Shown here: piece by piece, positions 13,792 through 23,959 of the stretch | How positions within the stretch are numbered: the stretch's first letter is position 1 | Layout of the letters: each line of letters begins with the position of its first letter | Assembly: GCA_965153455.1 (NCBI GenBank) | Contig: OZ234493.1 | Coordinates: 28,386,213 to 28,450,212, forward strand | Length of the DNA: 64,000 nt | Source: Sphagnum compactum | Taxonomy: Eukaryota | Reading direction: 5' to 3' | Notes under the pieces: generated by a model | What the model saw: the letters and a program-made list of their open reading frames with translations, nothing else | The model's database searches: none | Told to the model about the DNA's origin: nothing | Position numbers and translations under genes: made by a program

Positions 13792-14600
13792 ATGGCACTT
13801 GATGCCGCACCGCTGCTGTGTCCTTTCACTGTAACGTCGGACATTTTCACGCTGAAGAAGGACACTGCCAAGACGCATTGCAACAACGCCGGGCTCAACA
13901 TTCCAGACAATGCACCCCTGGCGGTCTACCGGGCAACCCTGGCCGGGCACTAGCTAGTCATGGGCTTCAAGACCGACAACTCACCTATTGACGCGCTGCT
14001 GTCCAAGATGGAGGCGGCCATCGAGAACATTGCGTCTCTCACGACCGCTGGTAACCTTACGGTCAACCAGCTGATGGAGTGCGAGGCGGCTGCGGCTGTC
14101 CCAGCCAAGGCTGCTTTTGCGGAGGAGCCCAAGTGGACCACAGTGATGGCCAAGAACGTGCGCTAGGTGGTCAGCCAGGCTTTGGAGACCCTAGCCGACG
14201 CGCCCAAACAGGACGAGCGCAAGTTCAACCTGCGCTTCACAGGCTTCAAGGCCAAGGAAGGCGAGACCGAGAAGGAGCTGGTGTAAAGGTTCAACAGAGA
14301 GCTGTTGTAAGGGCAAATGAGGCTGTGCGCCAAGGTTGTCGCCGCCACACGGCAACGGCCTATGACCGTGCAAACCTCCACCTTGGTGGCGAGCGTGCGC
14401 CCTAGTGCAATGCTGCTCAAATTCGCAACGAATGAGGACCGTTAGGCCGCGTTGTGAGGGCGTAAAGGCCTGGCGAGGACCAAGCTAGGCCTAGACGAAG
14501 ACCTCACGCCCACGCAATAGGCGTTCAAGTTGGAGATGTGGTCGTTGTTCAAGGAGGCCAAGGCAACAACCAAACACGCCTTCTGACGCGCAATCGAGTT
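13792..14600 (+). pseudogene. LINE ORF1 remnant (RRM/CTD-type nucleic-acid-binding protein)
   Basis: One reading frame from ATG 13792 with several stops of the C>T/G>A type. Reads ERKFNLRFTGFKAKEGETEKEL...RPSAMLLKF...GLARTKLGLDEDLTP...KEAK, which fits the LINE ORF1 pattern NL.I.G..E...RP.LVKF...L....I.EDLT. Confidence 0.7.
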
Positions 14601-14629
14601 CCAAGTACTTTGGAAAGCCAAGTACTTTG

Positions 14630-15300
14630 GTGCAATGCGCACAACATACAAGTGGGAGTTCAGATGGCTAAACAAGTCGCGCTACAACTAGTGCAGCCGG
14701 TTGGTGCTAAATCTACGACAGGAGGCCTGATCAACCAGGAGGCTGGGGCCCCAGCCCCTCCAGGTTTCCCCCACACAATATTGAGTGTACAAAGGGTGAA
14801 GGATAATATGTGTCATTGAAAAGCTCTTTACCAACCGTGAGATTGGGACCAGCGTGCAGACAAGATACTTGCGCTTCAAGGGTATGTCGTACGAGAGCAA
14901 AAACTACTTGTGTGACATCAGCTATGTTCAGCTGTGGAAAGTTCTGGCCCGGTTTCGATGTGGCAACATGCAGCTTGAGGTAGTGTTAGATGCGTGGAAG
15001 GGCGTGCCATACGCCCTTCCACTTTATCGAGGTTGCGATTTCGGGAAGGTTGAGGATGAAGAACATTTGCTTCTTGTTTGTCCAAATACACAAAAAGTTA
15101 GGGAACGTTTTTGTTCGGCCCTGCCCCTCACCCACACTAGCACTCTTGCTGAGCTCATGCAGACTACGAACACGGTCGCCCTAGCCAAGTTTGTGGCATG
15201 TTGCCAATACCAGAGGACAATTTGTCCTCCACGATCTACCTTTCATCTAATGGACTCTTTGGTCCCAAACGGACGTAAAATTGTAAACAGTAAACAATAA
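14630..15300 (+). pseudogene. LINE ORF2 C-terminal remnant (post-RT Cys/His domain)
   Basis: LARFRCGNMQLEVV..W...P......C..GKVEDEEHLLLVCP....VR is the C-terminal motif of RTEX/L2-type ORF2. No endonuclease or RT core is seen. Confidence 0.75.
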
Positions 15301-15890
15301 ACATTCTAGAAGTTTTTTTTCAGGGTATTTCATTTGTTCCCTAGGGAACTTTTTTACTCCTTTGCAACTTCATTTTCCTCCATGGAAAACTTACATTGTT
15401 CCTTAAGGCAACTTGCTTGGGACTAACATTTTGTCTCTTTTTTTTCGAGGAAATTCTTTCCTAAAGGCAATTAACTTTTAAAAATTATTTAAATGTTTTA
15501 TATATTTTTTCATCCATTTCATTTGTTAACAAAAAAAATTGAAAAAAGGATTAAACTCTAGACATTTGGGTTGAAAGAACGATTCTAACTACTACATCAC
15601 ATGTTTTTTCTTCGAAATTATTGTGTAAGAAAAATATTTATAATATTAATCATTGTGTGGGTACAGTGAAAAAAAATCCAATTTGTTTTTTCATGTTGGG
15701 CATTGTACTACAAATGCGTCAAACATGGTGCCCCATTTAACTTGTTGCTACATTTAGTGTTTGCCCATTAGGAATGACTCTTTCATTTGTCCTATTTATG
15801 ACATATATATATATATAGCTCTCTCTATTCATGACCTTGTGTATACATGACAATAATCTCATTCACAATTCATGGTCTTTTTGGTTGTAG

Positions 15891-16641
15891 TGTGACCGGA
15901 AAGGGAGTGACTGAACAGTTGGTCTCTGATTATCTCTGTGGTGTGAATGCCGATTTCATTTTGAGGGTATAAGGGGTTAAGCCTGCCGTCAACTTTCTTA
16001 ATGAATGACGGCGGGGTTTATTAATTTTGGGACAGGAGGTTAGTGACGGTGTGCATGGAATGCATGGGGAGATCTCTCTTTGGGGGTGTGTGATATGAAT
16101 GCAGGAAGAAGGCGGCGCGAATGATGGTGAGGAGAGGAGCTGCATTAATGAGCGAAAGTGGAGGGACTGACGGTGGCTGATGATACTGTTGAAGGAGGAA
16201 GCGGGAAAGGAGGAAGGGGAAGAAAAGTAGAGCTCGTTTGATAGGAGGCAGATAGACAGAAAGCACTGGAGCTTGGGGGATAGCTAGTTGCTGATCTCTT
16301 CCGCTACGTTAGTAACTAGAGGATGGCCAGCTCCATGATCTAGTGGGTATAGGACTGATCAAGGATCGATGTTGTAAGAAGGAAAATTTGAGAAGGTGGT
16401 CTGAGTTGTAGAGATGCACGTAGAAGTTATGTCTGTAGGAGTACTGGGAGTGGGTGTGGGGAGCAGTTGATGTGTGCCCCTATTTGAGAAGTAGCAGAGC
16501 TGGAAGAAGAGGAGTTGTGGACTTCAATTAGGACTGTTGTAATCCTGTCCACTTAACAGGAGGATACTCATTCACATTCTGACATGAGTGAACTCTACAG
16601 AGGAGTCGAGTTGTTGTTTTGACCCTTCCTTTTTGGTATCA
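15891..16641 (+). repeat. 5' LTR of gypsy element
   Basis: Starts TGTGACC. About 21 differences from the 3' LTR were counted by eye, essentially all transitions. Its 3' end runs into the PBS. Confidence 0.9.
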
Positions 16642-16646
16642 GAGCT
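16634..16646 (+). promoter_or_regulatory. Primer-binding site (tRNA-iMet) of gypsy element
   Basis: TGGTATCAGAGCT. Confidence 0.88.
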
Positions 16647-16699
16647 AGTTGCTTCTGTAGGAATTGTGGATGTTTAGATATAATGATAATTGAAGTGTC

Positions 16700-17366
16700 A
16701 TGTCTTCGTCTAATGCAGATGAGGGTGGTGTAGAAGAGTTGACACAGGAGATTCGTGAACAACAGATCGTCAATAGGTTCGATTTTCTGACTGGGCAAAA
16801 TGGACCACAGAGAGGAGCTGTGATCCTGCGTTTTCTGGGTTTTGGAGTAGTAACTCTTGTAGGAATAGACCCAGATGAAGCCCAAGTTGGAGACATAGCA
16901 GTAGAAGTAGCTCATAGTGGTTTTTACATTCGCGCTCAAGTTTGGTTGAAGGTGAGAAATGGAGCAAGGGGGTGGGCGTCAACCTCAGTGTTATAGACAC
17001 CATACTACTTCACTTCCTACCTTGCGTAGGGTAACGCCTTTATTTGCTGAAAGGCAGCGTAGTGTACCTAGGATAGGAGACATTTGGATTCCCAAGATTG
17101 CTGCGTCTCCTAACCATTTTGTCAGATTATACATTCCTGGTGTGGAAGACTTGTTTCAGGTGGGAGATCGACTACTCAGAGTGGAACACAGTGGATCAAG
17201 ATCCCGCCTCATAAGCTGGAGGATATGGCGCAATCAAGAGGAAGGATGGCAGTTCCAACAAGAGTCCACAGATGAGCAAAGTTTCTCTACTCTTCCATCT
17301 AATTTCGTACCTTTGAGACCAGTAGCAGAAGGAGATCAGTCTGAATTCACAGATCGGATCGGATAA
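16700..17366 (+). pseudogene. Extra ORF of unknown function upstream of gag (about 220 aa, one frameshift)
   Basis: ORFs 16700-16996 and 16959-17366 overlap, are protein-like in composition and can be joined by a single frameshift between 16956 and 16993. Confidence 0.55.
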
Positions 17367-17479
17367 CATTTGTTCTTCGCAAAACTCAAATGCGAACAAA
17401 ATAGAATGCAAAACTGGACAGATCTGTGGTTACCTGATTGTGGTCTAACGAACCGTGTGTTGTAGGAAGTGTTGCAATT

Positions 17480-20400
17480 CTGGTTTGCAACTAGCACCAG
17501 CCGATTGGGCTGAGTTGAGAACTCTGATAGTACAGAAGTATGGAGATGTGGATGCTGATGACATCAGGATGAAGCTCGATGCCATCAAACAAGAACCCAA
17601 GGAGAGAGTTCAAAAATATTTTGAACGTCTCGACAAACTGTTTCAGAGGGGCCGGCTACAAGACGCCGAGTAGAAGAGAAGGTTCCTGGCCAAATTAAGG
17701 CCAGAAATTCGAAAATTGTGTGTGGTGAGAACGTTTGCAGACATTGAGGAGTTAGTTGGTGCTGCAACGGAAGTTGAGAGAGTGCTGGGCGAGCTTGGGG
17801 AGACTCCGTACGAACCTCTGAGAGAGGAACAAGAGGAGGAGTCCTCGAAAACCATGATGGAGAGACAGGTCACTGCACTAAACAACACCCTGATCAACTT
17901 CTTCAAGGGGACTGTGCATAATCCAGAGGCATCATCGTCTTCCACTGCGTTTGGAGGATGCCAAATCTGCAAAGGGGGGGACCATTTGGCCACCACCTGT
18001 CCAAGGTTAAATGAAGCACGGCCAAAATGTGCCAAGTGCAGTATGCCTCATAGGATAGAGAATTGTGGAATAAAATGTACCTTCTGCTGAGGACAGATGT
18101 TGGAAGAAGCCCAAAGATGGGAAATCACAAATTGGAGCAGCAAACTTCTTGGAGGTGTTGCTGGATGATGAAGCAGCGACCATGCAACAACTTGATAAGC
18201 TATGTGGGAATGAGAATCTTTTCTCTTACACCTGAGTGCCTAGGAGGAGGATGCCTGTTGAAGTGGCACCAGCTGGTACTATACCGGCACCTGAAGCTGA
18301 AGGGGAAGGCACATGAGTGAGTCGGGAGACCTCTGTTAGGTCGAAGATTCTCTCACACTTTATTAAGGGAAAGATTTCCCTTACACCCATGGAAACAGTA
18401 CTGATGATACCAGGAGAATTAGAACATCTTGAGAGTCTGGTGAAATTGGCTAGAAGGAAGAAGGATGCAGAAGCTGTAAATGATCAGGTGTCTAGGGATT
18501 CAACAGCTCCTGCAATTAGGCCAATTTGCATTAGCAAAACACATAGAAGCAAGACACTCCACTTGCCGGTGGAGATAAATAGCTATGTGGTGGAAGGGCT
18601 TGTGGACATTGGAGCGTCCATGTCTGTCATGGCTGCTGCAGTGGTTAGAGAGTTGGGAATGATGCATTTGGTTACTGGATCCGAGACCTATAAAACCGCA
18701 TCAAGAGTTGTGACTCAGGCTCTAGGTCGAATTGATGCGGTACCGGTCAAGATAGGAGGCATACGGTGTGCCATGACCTTCATGGTAGTGGACACAGACA
18801 GTTATGATGTGCTCCTTGGACTGGACTTTTTGATGAAAATTGGAGTAGTGGTGGATGTGGAACGGGGTTTGATATAAGTGAGACACGGCCCCGGAACCAA
18901 TGTGGAGGTGTTGCCATTAACGATGGTGAATTTGTTGCAGAGGATGAATTCAGAAGCTCTGATGCAAGAGTCTACAACCATCTGGAAAAACACATGCACC
19001 AATGATGATTCTGACTGGATACCAGATCAGGATCGCGCGATCATGACCAAGGAAGATGCTGCGTCTACCTCGGATTCAGACACTGGTACTGATGGTAGCG
19101 AGCATTGTGATTCATTGAAACAAATTGATTGTGAAGATGAGTTTAGAGATGCTGAATTGGAGGAGTTGGTGAGGTCAGAAGGGCCGCAAAAAATGTTGCA
19201 ACTGATATTACAGGAACAGGTTGATGGGTTCATGGATGAAGAAATCACAGATACGGATGATTACGCAGATTGGATCAGATGGGTGTCTGATGCAGAGCAA
19301 AGCAGACGAGCCATGCATGAATCCACACCTGATGCAGCTGTTCCACTTTTGTTGCAACAACCCAGCCGAAGAGATGCTTCCTCAATTCCGGCGTTGCTGC
19401 AGACTGTCCAGACGAAAGATGGCAACTCTGATCGCAACACCACTAAGCAGTTGGGATCATCCAGCCATGAGGAAAGGGACACTAGATGGAGTGAGATCTG
19501 TCAGCGAATCAGGATTGACAACAGCTTGAATGAGGGAGGACATCAACAACTCTGGAAAGTTCTGGAGCGGTATCAAGACGTTTTTGCTTGGAACGAGGGT
19601 GAATTAGGTTGCTGCACTATTGGTGAACATTTTGTGGATACGCAAGGATTCCCACCTTGCAAGACATCTCCTGGTCGATTATCCTACTGGGAAGAGGCAG
19701 AAGTGAAGAGGCAAATCGATGTCCTGGTAGATTTGGGCAAGATGAGGCCTAGTAGCTCTGAGTATGCATGTCGGGTAACTCTACCAGTGAAGAAGGATGG
19801 GAGCAGGCGTTTCTGTGGGGACTACCGACACTCAACGCACAAACACGTCGGGATTCATTTCCAATGCCACTCGTGGAGGATGTGATTAATCAGCTGGGGA
19901 GCTCGGCATGGTTCACTGCCTTAGACTTGCAGTCTGGCTTCTAGCAAATTCAAATGGCTCCAGAAGACATGAAGAAGACAGCTTTGATTACCAAGACCGG
20001 ATTGTATGACTGGACAGTCATGCCATTTGGCCTAAAGAATGCAACGAGTACGTTTACCAGAACTATGTCAGAGGTCTTTAAGGACTTGGGTAACAAATTC
20101 CTGAAGGTGTTCGTTGATGACCTCAATGTGCACAGCGTAAGTTGGGGGGAACATCTTCAACATCTGGATGCGGTTCTGTGCAAACTCAGGGAAGTAATCT
20201 CAAACTGAACCCAAACAAGTGTTGCTTTGCTACAAAAAGCATTACATTTCTGGGCCATGTCGTTAGTGAGAATGGCACCAGACCAGACCCTGGCAAGATT
20301 GAGGTAGTTCTGCATTTTCCACAACCAAAGACGGTCACAAACGTCAGGTCGTTCTTGGGTCTGACGGGGTATTACCGTAATTGTGTCCAAGGCTATGCGC

Positions 20401-22658
20401 GACTGGCAGCTCCACTATTTGAGTTGACAAAAAGGGATGTTAATTTTGTGTGGGATCTGGGCTGTCAGCAGGCATTCCAGGCGTTAAAGGCAACGCTGGT
20501 TGACGCACCTGTACTCACACGACCTGATTTCAGGAGAACATTTTGTCTGGACGTTGACTGGTCACCCAAGGGTGTTGGAGCCATACTGTCACAGAAGGAA
20601 GGAAAATTTGAGAAGGTGGTGGCGTATGCCAGTAAGAGCTTAACAGAAGCACAGAAGAAGTTCCACCCCATGGAAGGGGAATGCTACGCACTGATCTGGG
20701 GCATCATGCATTTCAGGTAATACTTGCACAGGACTCATTTCATTCTGCGCACAGATCACAAAACGCTGGAATGGTTAGCAACCGTGTCGGATGCGCATGG
20801 AAGGAGGGGCAGGTGGGTTGACATGTTGCAGGATTTCAGTTTCAAGATAATCCACCGACCAGGACTCAGACATACAAATGTCGATGCTTTGAGTAGGAAT
20901 CCAGTTGGACTAGCCACGGATGATGATGACTTTAGAGAAGAGATCCCAGACATTGGAAATACACAAACTAACGCACCTGAGGGAGAAGAGGAGATTCGCT
21001 TTGTTCAAATGGGCAAAGAGACGGAATGGCTTGGTGTTAGGAGAAAGGATAGGGAGTTTGTACAACACCATGCGTGTTGTTTTGGCATCAACCACTGGAC
21101 TTATGCCAGCAGCCAACAACTGTTTGTGGTTGACGTTGTATCAGAGGAGGACCAGCCCAAAGAGCTTGTCCCATGTGAGGTAAGAATTACAAGAGGGGGT
21201 GAGCCTATGCAGGACAATGATGTGAGAGTGGTGATGAAGAGGAGGGGACCCCAGTACTATAACAAGCAACAGCAATTGGAGCTAGTGTTGGCAGCTCAAC
21301 AGCTGTTCGAATCAGGAGAGCATGACTTAGTTTCTACAGGTTCTGATGAGGAGGATGAGTGTGGAGCGGGCACAAGACACCTAGACATATGGGAGGAGGT
21401 AACCTGCATGGATTTACTGCGAGGAGGCATGCTCCCAGACACTGTTGACCCAGTGGAATCTAAGAGAGCAAAGCAGAGAATATTGAACTACCACTAGCAG
21501 GACCAGTCACTTTATTTCAAGGGGTTACTAGTGCCAAGACCAGAAGACCGCATGGGATTGGTAGTCCGAATGCACAAGGACCTAGGGCATTTTGGGGAAG
21601 AAAGGACTCTGGCTGAGATATGTAGGAGGTACTTTTGGCATAATCGAATAGAGGATGTCAAGACTGTGGTGAAGGTATGCCAACAGTGTCAGATGGTGAA
21701 AAGGATGGGGAGTATACGCTCTGAAGATGAAGAGTTGAAGAGTATACCCATTTGTGATCTGTTTCACAGAGTGGCTATGGACACTACAAGACCATTGCCT
21801 GAAACTAAGTCATGAAACAAATACATTCTGGTGGCCATCGACCACTATTCTAAATGGTGCGAGGCAAAAGCAGTTGTTGATCATGGTGCTAAGACTGCGG
21901 CCAGGTTCCTAGAAGATGACATAATCTGCAGGTATGGAGTCCCCAAGTTTGTGCATACTGACAATGGTGGAGAATGGGCTGCAGAATTCAATGTGATGTG
22001 CAAGGACTACGAAATCCAACATCAGCACACTGAACCCCAGTGGCCTCAATGCAATGGGATGGCGGAGCACTTGATCAAGACTATCAAACACGACATCACC
22101 GTTCTTGCTGCAACACCAGAAAACGTGGAATGTTGGGACGAACATCTGGCCAAGATCTTGTTTGGGTATAGATGTGGGATACAGGCTACCACTAAGTTTT
22201 CACCCTTCATGATTTTAACTGGTCGCACACCTCATCTCAGGGCAGACAATTACCTGCACGCTCTGACTGCTGTGACTGATGATGGTGTTGATATTGAAGT
22301 TGCTGCAGCACAATTTCTACAGAAGGTGAAGCTGATAGCAAGCATCCACGAAAATGTCTTGCTCAATGTGGAACAAGCACAGAAGAAGCAAAGGAAGACC
22401 TATGAGGCCAGAAAAGGTAAGCAAACTTTTGAAGGACTGGTTGCAGGGGAGACTATGGTTAAGATGAAGAAACCAGGAAAGAAGAAAGCCTTGGCTGCAA
22501 ACTGGGAAGGTCCATACCAATTTGTTGGACATGTAGATGGGAAGGGGAACTTTGATTTTGAGGAAGGCAGCAGAATTTGCATCATCCAGGATGCTGATGG
22601 ACACCAGTGGGAAAGGTCTCGTAGGGATCTTCAGATCTATCACGTTCAACAAGATTGA
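17480..22658 (+). pseudogene. Gypsy gag-pol remnant
   Basis: Retrotrans_gag-like WAELRTLIVQKYG..IKQEPKERVQKY, CCHC knuckles (CQICKGGDHLATTC, CAKCSMPHRIENC), PR LVDIGAS, RT MPFGLKNA/FVDD, RH DWSPKGVGAIL/ECYA/TDHK, INT HHCC plus TDNG, and GPY/F WEGPY. Multiple stops and frameshifts; the gag N-terminus appears deleted. Confidence 0.92.
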
Positions 22659-22684
22659 ATGAAGCTGAGGGACTCAGCTTTTTT

Positions 22685-22697
22685 AGGAAGGGAGGGG
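22685..22697 (+). promoter_or_regulatory. Polypurine tract of gypsy element
   Basis: AGGAAGGGAGGGG lies 7 nt before the 3' LTR. Confidence 0.8.
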
Positions 22698-22704
22698 TGA
22701 CATA

Positions 22705-23455
22705 TGTGACCGGAAAGGGAGTGACCGAACAGTTGGTCTCTGACTATCTCTGTGGTGTGAATGCCGATTTCATTTTGAGGGTGTAAGGGGTTAAGCCTGC
22801 CGTCAACTTTCTTAACGAATGACGGCGGGGTTTATTAATTTTGGGACAGGAGGTTAGTGACGGTGTGCATGGAATGCATGGGGAGATCTCTCTTTGGGGG
22901 TGTGTGATATGAGTGCAGGAAGAAGGCGGCGCGAATGATGGTGAAGAGAGGAGTTGCATTAATGAGCAAAAGTGGAGGGACTGACGACGGCTGATGATAC
23001 TGTTGAAGGAGGAAGCGGGAAAGGAGGAAGGGGAAGAAAAGTAGAGCTCGTCTGATAGGAGGCAGATAGACAGAAAGCACTGGAGCTTGGGGGATAGCTA
23101 GTTGCTGATCTCTTCCGTTGCGTTAGTAACTAGAGGATGGCCAGCTCCATGATCTGGTGGGTATAAGACTGATCAAGGATCGATGCTGTAGGAAGGAAAA
23201 TTTGAGAAGGTGGTCTGAGTTGTAGAGATGCACGTAGAAGTTATGTCTGTAGGAGTACTGGGAGTGGGTGTGGGGAGCAGTTGATGTGTGCCCCTATTTG
23301 AGAAGTAGCAAAGCTGGAAGAAGAGGAGTTGTGGACTTCAATTAGGACTGCTGTAATCCTGTCCATTTAACAGGAGGATACTCATTCACATTCTAACATG
23401 AGTGAACTCTACAGAGGAGTCGAGTTGTTGTTTTGACCCTTCCTTTTTAGTGACA
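22705..23455 (+). repeat. 3' LTR of gypsy element
   Basis: TGTGAC...GTGACA, 751 bp, followed by the TSD GTAG. Confidence 0.92.
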
Positions 23456-23611
23456 GTAGGTTTAAGTTAGTGACATAAACAATATTAGGCATTTAACAAA
23501 GGTTGCCAAGTTTTTATAATATTATTATATGAGATCAAATGTGTTCAGTAGTACTCTTTCTATTGATTGTTGATTAGATTTTCTGGCAAAGTAGTAGTGC
23601 CCTGCAATTTT

Positions 23612-23959
23612 TGGCCTTGCCTACCAAGGCAAGAAGGATATTGTGTTTAGATTCATTATAGAGTATAGTAGCTTTAAGGGATTTTGGCCCCTAGGTAATA
23701 TAATAATAGGTCTATTTTTATATGAGGATGTTTGAAAGATGATATTTTGGCTTGTGTTGAAACTTGAGATTAGTTATTATAGAGTTATAATAATATCTTG
23801 AAGCAGTTTTGAATTCTTTTAGAGGATTTTTTTTTTAAAGATTATATTTTTGCATGGTGAAATATTTGAGTTTCCATAATTCTTTTTTTGCCTTTTAAGA
23901 TACATACCTTTTTAATGGTAAATATGGCAAGGCCACAATGTGACTGACACACACCCCCC
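23612..23959 (+). mobile_element. Non-autonomous Helentron/HINE-like element, copy 1
   Basis: 5' subTIR TGGCCTTGCC with an adjacent short inverted repeat (CTTGCC-TACCAA-GGCAAG). 3' subTIR GGCAAGGCCA, then a terminal hairpin (TGTG-ACTGA-CACA) and a C-run. T-rich flanks with no TSD. Second copy at 47986. Confidence 0.7.

Larger units (their letters stand above)
13188..15301 (+). mobile_element. Internally deleted non-LTR retrotransposon (RTEX/L2-like LINE)
   Basis: Putative TSD CATTCT (13182-13187 and 15302-15307) and a (GTAAACA)-type tandem 3' tail at 15283-15303. It has ORF1-like and ORF2 C-terminal coding remnants, and the host foldback sequence resumes after it. Confidence 0.8.
12272..15476. 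mobile_element. Foldback/MITE-like element with ~45-bp subrepeats and long inverted arms, interrupted by a LINE
   Basis: Repeated GTTGCC-TAGGGAACAACCATGTTC units with a palindrome near 12407. About 12534-12800 is the reverse complement of about 12925-13187 continued at 15302-15476. Ends are approximate. Confidence 0.6.
15891..23455 (+). mobile_element. Full-length decayed Ty3/gypsy LTR retrotransposon (no chromodomain)
   Basis: ~750-bp LTRs, 4-bp TSD GTAG (15887-15890 and 23456-23459), PBS, PPT, domain order gag-PR-RT-RH-INT, and many in-frame stops. Confidence 0.95.
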
